DNA of 42,778 bases from an uncultured Brevundimonas sp. GTDB lineage: Bacteria > Pseudomonadota > Alphaproteobacteria > Caulobacterales > Caulobacteraceae. The notes under the pieces were generated by a model, which was not told the DNA's origin, did not search any database, and worked only from the letters and a program-made list of their open reading frames with translations. A program made the translations under genes and the position numbers. Location of the stretch: contig CAYNDG010000001.1 of assembly GCA_964395805.1 (NCBI GenBank), positions 1-42,778 of the forward strand. The letters are read 5' to 3'. Shown piece after piece: positions 35,510-42,778 of this stretch; the stretch's first letter is position 1; each line of letters begins with the position of its first letter.

Positions 35510-36333
35510 TGGGTGTTTATTCCGGCCCGAAGGGGGCCTCCATACCGGGCGGTGCGGAAGAATCGTCGCGGATCATCGGATGGGTCTCTGGTGGCGCGGC
35601 GTCCGCCGTCACCTGCAAACTCGCGATTGCCAAATACGGCCTAGAGCGGGTCGAGCTGATCTACATCGACCCCGGATCGGAACATGAAGACACGCGGCGG
35701 TTCCTGTCCGATCTGGAGGCGTGGCTCGGAAAGCCGGTCGCTCGCATCAGGTCGGCGGCATTTTTCGACACTTGGGCGGTGTGGGAAAAGCGCCGGTTCC
35801 TGCGAGGACAGAGAGGCGCTCCGTGCACAGGTGCACTCAAGAGCGACGTTCGTGGCGACCTGGGCCTTCCGCCCGATACGGTCCAGCTATGGGGATTCAC
35901 CGCCGAAGAATCGAAGCGCGCCGAAACGTTCCAGAACCACCACTACGGCGAAATGGTATGTGAGTTTCCGCTGATCGACCAGAACGTCAGCAAGGCCGAC
36001 TGCTACGCCCTAATCGAGCGCGCGGGCATGAAGCTGCCCGAGCCCTATCTGCAAGGCTTCGACAACAACAACTGCTTGCCGTGCGTCAAGGCAGAGGGCG
36101 CGGCTTATTGGAACCGCATCCGGCGCTTCTATCCCGACCGCTTTGACCGGATGGCGAAGCTGGAGCGGGAGCTGGGCTACGCGCTCGTTCGCAAGACAAT
36201 CAACGGGGCAAAGGTCAGCGTCTTTCTGGACGAACTCGACCCCGACGATGGGCGCGACGACGACACGCCAGAGCCGATCTCCTGCGGCATCACCTGCTTT
36301 ATCGCCGAACAGAACATGAAGGACGCAGCATGA
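35506..36333 (+). CDS. PAPS-reductase-like PP-loop / Fe-S protein
   Basis: PP-loop SGGAAS, 'EHED..RF', 'CTGALK', 'FPLID', 'NNNCLPCVKA', 'SCGITC'. Confidence 0.8.
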   Translation: MMGVYSGPKGASIPGGAEESSRIIGWVSGGAASAVTCKLAIAKYGLERVELIYIDPGSEHEDTRRFLSDLEAWLGKPVARIRSAAFFDTWAVWEKRRFLRGQRGAPCTGALKSDVRGDLGLPPDTVQLWGFTAEESKRAETFQNHHYGEMVCEFPLIDQNVSKADCYALIERAGMKLPEPYLQGFDNNNCLPCVKAEGAAYWNRIRRFYPDRFDRMAKLERELGYALVRKTINGAKVSVFLDELDPDDGRDDDTPEPISCGITCFIAEQNMKDAA

Positions 36334-36689
36334 CCCGCGAAGAAGCCGCCACTTACACAGCCGCTATTTATGTCGCGGGCCCCCAGCCGGAAGCGGAGCG
36401 AATCTGCCGCGAGTTCTGCCTGACGGGCCTGTGCGTCACCGTTGAGCCCGTCGAGTTCATCTACACCGGAGGGCAGGAGCGCGGCGTTCGCGTTGGCCTC
36501 ATCAACTATCCGCGCTTTCCGTCAACCCCGGATGCGATCTTCGCCAAGGCCGAGCGGCTGGCGTCGGAACTGATCGAGAGGATGCACCAACACAGCGCAA
36601 GCATCGTCGCTACCGACCGCACGGTCTGGCTGAGCCGTAGAGACGACGCCCCCGGGAACGAAGGCGCAAGCCTGAGTAAACCCAAATGA
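36330..36689 (+). CDS. conserved hypothetical phage protein
   Basis: 'FIYTGGQERGVRVGLINYPRFP'. Confidence 0.75.
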   Translation: MTREEAATYTAAIYVAGPQPEAERICREFCLTGLCVTVEPVEFIYTGGQERGVRVGLINYPRFPSTPDAIFAKAERLASELIERMHQHSASIVATDRTVWLSRRDDAPGNEGASLSKPK

Positions 36690-36892
36690 CCCAATCCCAA
36701 TCCGCAACGGCAACGGTCCCTGTCCCGTCTAATAAACGGGCAGGGAATGCCGAGGCTTACACCTTCCGCGCTCCCCGCTGGTCTGACCTGACCCAATGCC
36801 CTGTGTGCGGAACCACCCCTGATGACTTCGGAGCCTGCGACTACTGCGGGTCCGAGGGTCACGCCTTCAAGGAGACCTACTATGACGCCTGA
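36686..36892 (+). CDS. zinc-ribbon protein
   Basis: CPVCG...CDYCG. Confidence 0.6.
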   Translation: MTQSQSATATVPVPSNKRAGNAEAYTFRAPRWSDLTQCPVCGTTPDDFGACDYCGSEGHAFKETYYDA

Positions 36893-37553
36893 AACCAAAA
36901 TCACCGTGACCTGGGACGGCTACCGCGCACCCTTTGCCAAGGCTTTCGTGACCGCACAAAAGGCGCTGGAGTCTGTCAAAAAGGCTGCGACCAATCCGGC
37001 CTTCAAGTCCAAGTATGCGGACCTGTCCCATGTGGTTGAGGCCACGGTTCCGGGCCTGAACGCCAATGGGATCGGCGTGATCCAGTTTCCCGGCTTTGAC
37101 GGCGAGCTGGTCCACATCACCACGACCTTCTTGCACGATAGCGGATCGTCCGTCACGGGCGTCCTGTCGCTCAAGCCGTCCAAGCTGGACCCGCAAGGCG
37201 TCGGATCGGCCATCACCTACGGGCGGCGCTATTCGCTGCTTTGCATGACCGGCGCGGCCCCAGAAGACGATGATGGCCAAGCCGCGTCTGGTCCGGTCAA
37301 GCGAGACCCGACTCCCGTCAAAGCCGCCCCGCCCGCCTCGCTTGACGACCGCGTTGACGCCGTGACCACCCGCCTGTTGCAGGCCCCGGATCGCATCGCC
37401 CTCGAAAAGGTCTGGGAGCTGGCGTCGGCCCTGTGTGCGGACCTGTCCACTGCCGACCCCGAAAAGCTGGCCGCCTTGACCAAGCTCTATGACGACCGCC
37501 GCGCGGAATTCATTGGCGGCACCCCCTTCGACAACGAACAGAAAGCAGCCTGA
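36882..37553 (+). CDS. erf: ERF-family single-strand annealing protein
   Basis: 'NPAFKSKYADL', 'PQGVGSAITYGRRYSL', 'EDDDG'. Confidence 0.92.
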   Translation: MTPETKITVTWDGYRAPFAKAFVTAQKALESVKKAATNPAFKSKYADLSHVVEATVPGLNANGIGVIQFPGFDGELVHITTTFLHDSGSSVTGVLSLKPSKLDPQGVGSAITYGRRYSLLCMTGAAPEDDDGQAASGPVKRDPTPVKAAPPASLDDRVDAVTTRLLQAPDRIALEKVWELASALCADLSTADPEKLAALTKLYDDRRAEFIGGTPFDNEQKAA

Positions 37554-37554
37554 T

Positions 37555-37962
37555 ATGCAAATCCTCACCATCGCCGGGAACGTCGGCAAAGACGCCGTGC
37601 TTCGCCAAGCCGGGTCCGATCAAGTCCTGTCGTTCTCCATCGCCATCGACAACGGCAAGGACAAGAACGGCAACAAGCGAGACGCCACGTGGGTTGACTG
37701 CTCCATCTGGGGCAAGCGCGCCGAGAGCCTCAACGGCCATATCACGAAGGGCGTCAAGCTGGCGCTGTCGGGCCGCCCGACCGTTCGCGCGCACGAGGGC
37801 AAGGCATACTTGGGCCTCACCGTTGACGGGCTGACGTTCATGGGCGGCGGGCAATCGGACGCCAGCGAGCGCCGGGGCGGTGGAGGGTCCGAACCGCAGG
37901 CTGGTTACGACGACATGGGGGACATTCCCTTCATCCGCATGGCCGGTGACTGCGATGCCTGA
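37555..37962 (+). CDS. ssb: single-stranded DNA-binding protein
   Basis: 'AGNVGKDA', 'WGKRAE', acidic 'DIPF' tail. Confidence 0.93.
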   Translation: MQILTIAGNVGKDAVLRQAGSDQVLSFSIAIDNGKDKNGNKRDATWVDCSIWGKRAESLNGHITKGVKLALSGRPTVRAHEGKAYLGLTVDGLTFMGGGQSDASERRGGGGSEPQAGYDDMGDIPFIRMAGDCDA

Positions 37963-38707
37963 CGGAAACCCCGGCATCGCCCTGCCCGGGCATAACGGCC
38001 CCCCGGCCTTCGAGACCCTGCGCGTCAACCTTGAAGATCATCTGGACGAGGCCCGCAATTGGGCTGACGGCACCCCTGCGGAAACGCAGGAGCAAGTGGA
38101 CACCATCGCCCGGCTGATCGAGGAACTGTCGCAAGGCGCGAAGGCCATGGAGGCCGAGCGGGTCCGCGAGAAGAAGCCCCTTGATGACCAGATCGCGGCC
38201 ATCCAGGATCGCTATAACGTCTGGCTGGCCCCGCTCAAGAACAAGGTGCCGGGCAAGGTTCCGATGGCTATCGAGGCGCTGAGGGCGGCACAGCGTCCGT
38301 TCCTGCTGGCCCGTGAAGCCGAACTGGAAGAACAGCGCCGGAAGGCCCGCGAGGAAGCCGAGGCCAAGGCCCGAGAAGCTGCGGAGGCGGCTCGTGCTGC
38401 GAACGCTGCCGATCTTGCCGCAAAGGAGGAGGCCGAAGCCAAGGTGCGGGAGGCCGAGGAAGCCGCCCGTGCTGCCCGTGAGGCTGACAAGGCCAAGGCT
38501 CACGCTCACGGCGGCGGTCGCGCTCAAGGCTTGCGGACCCGGCGCGTTGCCGAGGTGACGGACCCGGCGGCGGCTGCTCGCTTCTATTGGCAGGAAAACC
38601 CGCAGCCGTTCATCGATCTGGTGCAGAAGCTGGCCGATGAAGACGCCCGGGCAAACCGCCGAGTGGCTGAGGGGCACGGCGTCACGTTCCGCGAGGAGCG
38701 CGTCTAA
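37955..38707 (+). CDS. coiled-coil protein of the recombination module
   Basis: 'GHNGPP', 'EAERVREKKPL', long EA-rich helix. Confidence 0.7.
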   Translation: MPDGNPGIALPGHNGPPAFETLRVNLEDHLDEARNWADGTPAETQEQVDTIARLIEELSQGAKAMEAERVREKKPLDDQIAAIQDRYNVWLAPLKNKVPGKVPMAIEALRAAQRPFLLAREAELEEQRRKAREEAEAKAREAAEAARAANAADLAAKEEAEAKVREAEEAARAAREADKAKAHAHGGGRAQGLRTRRVAEVTDPAAAARFYWQENPQPFIDLVQKLADEDARANRRVAEGHGVTFREERV

Positions 38708-38709
38708 CC

Positions 38710-39123
38710 ATGTCCCGCCATCTCCTTCGCCTCACCCCCGGAAAGCGCGACGAGGCCCATGCGTGGGTCGAAAAGGCCCTGCGCCAGTGGCAGCCGGGGG
38801 CGGCGTTCATCATGGAGATAAAGCCCCCCACGCGGTCGCTTGAGCAGAACGCAGCCATGTGGGGACTTTTGGCCCAGATCACGCGCCAGCGCCCGGTTCA
38901 CAACGGGCGGGAGATGACCCCGGACCTCTGGAAAGCAGTCTTTATGGACGCGCTCGGGCACGAGGTGGATTACGTCGCCAGTCTCGACGGCAGGCGTATG
39001 TTCCCGCTCGGTCATCGGTCGTCGCAGCTCACGAAAGGGCAGATGACGGATTTGCTGGAACTTATGCTGGCGTGGTCCGCGCAAGAGGGCCTGACCATTG
39101 AGCATTTTGCGGAGGCCGCATGA
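38710..39123 (+). CDS. ninB: NinB-family recombination protein
   Basis: 'RSLEQNAAMWGLL...WKAVF...SSQLTKGQMTDLLE'. Confidence 0.88.
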   Translation: MSRHLLRLTPGKRDEAHAWVEKALRQWQPGAAFIMEIKPPTRSLEQNAAMWGLLAQITRQRPVHNGREMTPDLWKAVFMDALGHEVDYVASLDGRRMFPLGHRSSQLTKGQMTDLLELMLAWSAQEGLTIEHFAEAA

Positions 39124-39509
39124 CCAAGCGCAAGCCCCTCACCCGCGTTCAGCTTATCCAGCTCATGCTCGATCAAGAGGGCAAGTGCGGCTGCGGCTGT
39201 GGGGTGAAGCTCGATCCGATGGGAGAGGGCGTGATTGATGAGCACGTGATCCCGCGCGAGCTGTCGGAGCCGGGGCACCAGGGCGAGCGAGACGATCTGT
39301 CGAACCGCGAACTGTGGCGGAAGCCATGTGCAAAGGCGAAGACGACCGGCGACATGGACCAGATCAACAAGGCGAAGCGCCAAGGGCTTGAGCGCGGTCA
39401 ACAGGCCCGCCGCAAGAAACGAGGCAAGGGCACCATCCCCACCCGCCCCCAACCGTGGCCGAAGGGTCGCAAGCTGCAATCCCGTGGATTTGAGAGGAAG
39501 AAGACATGA
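39120..39509 (+). CDS. HNH-family protein
   Basis: 'QEGKCGCGCG...DEHVIP...N...CAKAKT'. Confidence 0.75.
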   Translation: MTKRKPLTRVQLIQLMLDQEGKCGCGCGVKLDPMGEGVIDEHVIPRELSEPGHQGERDDLSNRELWRKPCAKAKTTGDMDQINKAKRQGLERGQQARRKKRGKGTIPTRPQPWPKGRKLQSRGFERKKT

Positions 39510-40252
39510 CCGATCCCGCCCGCAATGTGCACACCCCACCCAGCAACGGCGATGTAGAGGGGGTCATTTCCGCGTTGGAAATCCCCTATCCGTGGGCGGT
39601 TGAGGAGGGCGATTGTCGCGGGTCTCATATTGAGGCCCGACGCGCCGCAAAGGCGTTGATCGAACGACAGCAAGCCGCCCTCTCCGCATCACAGGAGCGA
39701 GAGGCGCGGGCGAGGGAGGCGGACATCTGCGCTGAAATCATGGAATACCTTGCCGAGCAGCGGGTGCTGGAAAAGCCCGAGGAAGATCGCTGCTGGGAAG
39801 AAAACCTACTGGTTCGGTCCCTCGCAGCCCTATCGCAGGAAGCAGAGCCGGTGGCTTGGCGGTGCCACACCTGTCATGCTCCCCGCTCTAAGTCTCCCTG
39901 CCACAAGTGCGGCGGCGAACTGACGCGGGCTGCTGACGGCTGGGAAGAACCGGCGCTGCCGCCCATTGATCGCATCCGCGAACTGGCGCGTGAAAAGGGC
40001 TATGGTCTGGGGGTGCATGGCTCTCTGGAGCGCGATCTTGATTTAATCGCTGTCCCGTGGGTCGAAGACGCGGCGCGGCCCGGGGAGTTGGCCTCCCACA
40101 TTGCAGCGGGCCTTCCGGGGCGGATCATCGTGTCGTTCCATGACGCGCCGCACGGTCGCGTAGGTTTCAACATCAAACCGGACGGGTGGTTCAAAATGAT
40201 CGACCTCTCCGTCATGCACCCCGACGACCGGGGCGGGGAGGTGAAGGGATGA
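39506..40252 (+). CDS. mosaic protein with a Zn ribbon and a C-terminal nucleotidyltransferase-like domain
   Basis: CHTC...CHKCG; 'GYGLGVHGSLERDLDLIAVPW...IDLSV'. Confidence 0.6.
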   Translation: MTDPARNVHTPPSNGDVEGVISALEIPYPWAVEEGDCRGSHIEARRAAKALIERQQAALSASQEREARAREADICAEIMEYLAEQRVLEKPEEDRCWEENLLVRSLAALSQEAEPVAWRCHTCHAPRSKSPCHKCGGELTRAADGWEEPALPPIDRIRELAREKGYGLGVHGSLERDLDLIAVPWVEDAARPGELASHIAAGLPGRIIVSFHDAPHGRVGFNIKPDGWFKMIDLSVMHPDDRGGEVKG

Positions 40253-40443
40253 GCGGGAAGCGCATCAGCATCAGCAAGGTCACCCGGATTATAGAGGAGC
40301 GTCGGCTGGTCTGCCTAGAGGCGGCAGAGAAACACGCCGCAGACGGTTACGCCAATATGGCCGCATCGGAGCGCTGTGCGGCGACAGAGCTTCGCTACGT
40401 CCTGAATTTGCTTTTCCCAACCAAGGACCCCTCCCATGACTGA
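40249..40443 (+). CDS. hypothetical protein
   Basis: ATGA-coupled with GAGG RBS. Confidence 0.6.
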   Translation: MSGKRISISKVTRIIEERRLVCLEAAEKHAADGYANMAASERCAATELRYVLNLLFPTKDPSHD

Positions 40444-40846
40444 CGTGAAAGGGCTGAAAGAGCGGCTGGAGGCGAAGGCGCGAGCGTCATTTGAGGCCAA
40501 CAAGTCGTTTGGCCGAAAGGGCACAGAGTGGGCCATCGAGACCGAAGTGGAGTGGCAGGCCCTCGCCTACATCGCTGATCTGGAGGCGAAGCTGGCAGCG
40601 CTGGATCAGGAAGTCGAGCGGTGGGTTTCATCGTGTCAGATCGCTCAGGATCAGGCGATGGAAAACGGCGGTCGGGCATCACGGGCCGAGGCGAAGCTGG
40701 CAGTAGCGCGAGAAGAACTGCGAGAAATCCGGCACCGAACAAGGCCGATTGTAAGTGCGGATATTGGGAACGCTGACGCCTATGTGGCCGGGATTCATGC
40801 GTGCGCCGTCAAAGCCCTCAATACCATAGGAGATGAACATGGGTGA
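40436..40846 (+). CDS. hypothetical coiled-coil protein
   Basis: 136 aa, overlaps both neighbours. Confidence 0.65.
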   Translation: MTDVKGLKERLEAKARASFEANKSFGRKGTEWAIETEVEWQALAYIADLEAKLAALDQEVERWVSSCQIAQDQAMENGGRASRAEAKLAVAREELREIRHRTRPIVSADIGNADAYVAGIHACAVKALNTIGDEHG

Positions 40847-41246
40847 TTTGGTTGACTACGCCGCAAGCGGCTCCGTTCCCGTGGGGGATGTTGCTGGCCT
40901 TATTGCCCGACTGGAAAGCGCGGAGGCGGGCGCCGCGTTCGACATGGACGATGCCGACACTTTCGTTCTGGCGCTTGGTGAGCCGGTCGAAAGCTGGGAC
41001 CTTGCAGACGACGCACTGAACGGCTCCCTAGACGCGGCACTTACCTTGGTGGAGTCCATATTCCCGGGGAGCCCTGTCGACTTAACCATTCGAGGCTCGG
41101 CGCAAGCCGTCATCCAAAGCACTGATCCCTGCGGCGACCCGCTCGGAGAGGCGTTCGGGAGCGCCCCCCACATTGCCCTGTGCATCGCCGCCCTCAAGGC
41201 CATCCAGCACGGGAACGAAGACCGTCAGGTCGGAGTAAACAAATGA
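40839..41246 (+). CDS. hypothetical phage protein
   Basis: common motif 'SLDAALTLVE...P.IALCIAALKA'. Confidence 0.7.
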   Translation: MGDLVDYAASGSVPVGDVAGLIARLESAEAGAAFDMDDADTFVLALGEPVESWDLADDALNGSLDAALTLVESIFPGSPVDLTIRGSAQAVIQSTDPCGDPLGEAFGSAPHIALCIAALKAIQHGNEDRQVGVNK

Positions 41247-41545
41247 CCCCTGTAGAACGAGCGGCTGAGGTGATCGACGCACTGGAACCGTTTGCCCTTG
41301 AGGTGCGAGACGTTCAGCGCGGATGGCTGGCCAAGGAAATCGCCCAAGCCCTCTCCGATGCTGGAATGCTGGCGGACCCAAATCGCGTCCGCAGGCTGGA
41401 GGAAGTGCGCGACCGACTGCTGGTATCGGGCGGCGCGAACCCGGCAATCGGCAAGGTCCGGTTCAGCACGTGGAGCCTTCGCCGCCTGACCGCAGCCTTT
41501 GACTGCGCAGTGGCCACCCTCCCCACACCCCCGGAGGACGCATGA
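41243..41545 (+). CDS. hypothetical protein
   Basis: ATGA-coupled, GGAG RBS. Confidence 0.6.
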   Translation: MTPVERAAEVIDALEPFALEVRDVQRGWLAKEIAQALSDAGMLADPNRVRRLEEVRDRLLVSGGANPAIGKVRFSTWSLRRLTAAFDCAVATLPTPPEDA

Positions 41546-41892
41546 ACCAGGCTGCGCCCGAAACCATGTCTGACGCAGACGCCGCGCGCCGCCTTGGCTA
41601 CTCGGTTCGCGTCCTCCGTCCCGTTATCGACAAGCACGGCCTGTGCCTTAAGGTCAGCAACCGTCGCCGCCTGACCCTCAACCACTATGAGCGCCTGAAA
41701 GAGGTTCTTACCCCGTCATGCCCCTCAAGCTCTACAAGAGGCCGAACGGTGTCTGGCACATCCGGGGCACGGTCCAGCGAATCCGCTATGACCAAAGCGC
41801 TCGCACTCGCGTCAAGGCCGAAGCCGAAGCGATCCGCGCGAAACTTGAGGCAGATGCGTTCAAACGAGCCATCTACGGCGACCGGGCAGTAG
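41542..41892 (+). CDS. excisionase-like DNA-binding protein
   Basis: 'DAARRLGYSVRVLR' wHTH immediately upstream of, and overlapping, int. Confidence 0.65.
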   Translation: MNQAAPETMSDADAARRLGYSVRVLRPVIDKHGLCLKVSNRRRLTLNHYERLKEVLTPSCPSSSTRGRTVSGTSGARSSESAMTKALALASRPKPKRSARNLRQMRSNEPSTATGQ

Positions 41893-42722
41893 CGACCTTC
41901 GCGGAGGCCGCCGCCGACTATATGCGCGCTGGGGGATCATCCGATCACATGACGGCACTGTTGCTTGAGATAGGCCCGAAGCGCCTGTCAGACATCAAGC
42001 AGCCGCTAGTGGACCGGCTGGCGCGCGACATGAAGCCAGATGCCAAAGCATCGACCCTCATTCGTCAGATTTACACGCCGATCTCCGCCGTCATTAACTA
42101 CGCGGCGGAGCAGGATATGTGCGACCCCATCCGGCTCCGTAAGCCCCGCGTGGAGCAGGGTCGCGTCGATTACCTGACACCGGCTGAGGCCGAGACGCTT
42201 TTGAACATCCTGCCGACCGACCTGCAAAGGCTCGTGACATTCTACCTCGCCACAGGGTGCCGGGCGACCGAGGCCCTGATGCTGGACTGGCGGGACGTGT
42301 CGCCAGAGGGCAAGCGGGCCGTGTTCTGGGAGACCAAAGGCGGCTATGCGAGGGGCGTGGACCTACAGCGCCGGGCGCGGGCCTTCCTGCCGAAGCGGGC
42401 CGAGGGGCCGGTCTTTCCGCGATGGGCGGACTACGACGCGGTGAACAAGGCCCTCAATCGCGCGACCGAGGCCAACAAGTTTCGGCACGTCCATTGCCAC
42501 CTGTTCCGGCACACATGGGCGACCTGGGCCTATGCCTGCACCCGCGACATTACCTTCCTGATGCAGCAGGGCGGGTGGAAATCGGCAACGATGGTGACGC
42601 GCTACGCACACGCCGCTTCGCCCGATCTCGCAGATGCGATATTGGGGGCAGGTTGGGAGTTCGGTGGGAGGGAGGTTGTTGACCTGTCGAAAGTGCGCGC
42701 AAAATCAAGGCGCTCTGCTTGA
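41718..42722 (+). CDS. int: tyrosine integrase
   Basis: TGCRATE, TKGG, HLFRHTWAT, GGW, TRYAH. Confidence 0.95.
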   Translation: MPLKLYKRPNGVWHIRGTVQRIRYDQSARTRVKAEAEAIRAKLEADAFKRAIYGDRAVATFAEAAADYMRAGGSSDHMTALLLEIGPKRLSDIKQPLVDRLARDMKPDAKASTLIRQIYTPISAVINYAAEQDMCDPIRLRKPRVEQGRVDYLTPAEAETLLNILPTDLQRLVTFYLATGCRATEALMLDWRDVSPEGKRAVFWETKGGYARGVDLQRRARAFLPKRAEGPVFPRWADYDAVNKALNRATEANKFRHVHCHLFRHTWATWAYACTRDITFLMQQGGWKSATMVTRYAHAASPDLADAILGAGWEFGGREVVDLSKVRAKSRRSA

Positions 42723-42733
42723 GTGGGTCAACA

Positions 42734-42778
42734 TTGGTAAGGCTGAGGTCGGCAGTTCGATCCTGCCCGGCGGCACCA
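42734..42778 (+). repeat. right att core (displaced 3' half of tRNA-Thr)
   Basis: identical to 11-55; upstream sequence is not tRNA-like. Confidence 0.97.

Larger units (their letters stand above)
11..42778. mobile_element. complete temperate siphovirus prophage (HK97-type head, lambdoid organisation)
   Basis: att repeats at both ends, integrase, cI/cro, replication, packaging, head, tail and lysis modules all present with intact ORFs. Confidence 0.96.

Overview
The window is an apparently complete ~42.7-kb temperate siphovirus prophage, high-GC. A GcrA homologue and GTA-like tail genes point to an alphaproteobacterial, probably Caulobacteraceae, host (inference). It is integrated in the anticodon loop of a tRNA-Thr(GGT) gene and bounded by a perfect 45-bp direct repeat (11-55 and 42734-42778). 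The organisation is lambdoid. On the minus strand, from the immunity region leftwards: cro, a cII-like gene, a GP88-like protein, VRR-NUC, GcrA, a LexA-like protein, DnaB, a DUF1376 replication protein, a late regulator, a small ORF/HTH/HNH cassette, a ~750-bp structured non-coding late leader, HNH, terminase, HK97-type head, tail, two adhesin/fibre genes, lysis genes (holin, M15 endolysin, Rz/Rz1) and a terminal HTH-metallophosphoesterase. On the plus strand: cI, a lipoprotein, then an early operon with a Cys-less NlpC/P60 protein, Lar, a PAPS-reductase-like protein, ERF, SSB, NinB, HNH, a nucleotidyltransferase-like protein, xis and a tyrosine integrase. The most unusual observation is the late leader (~21975-22700). 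It is a tandem array of self-contained stem-closed RNA modules, four consecutive ones ending in tRNA-type NCCA, one of them a tRNA mimic with D and T arms but no foldable anticodon arm. All family assignments are from motif recognition by eye, without database searches.
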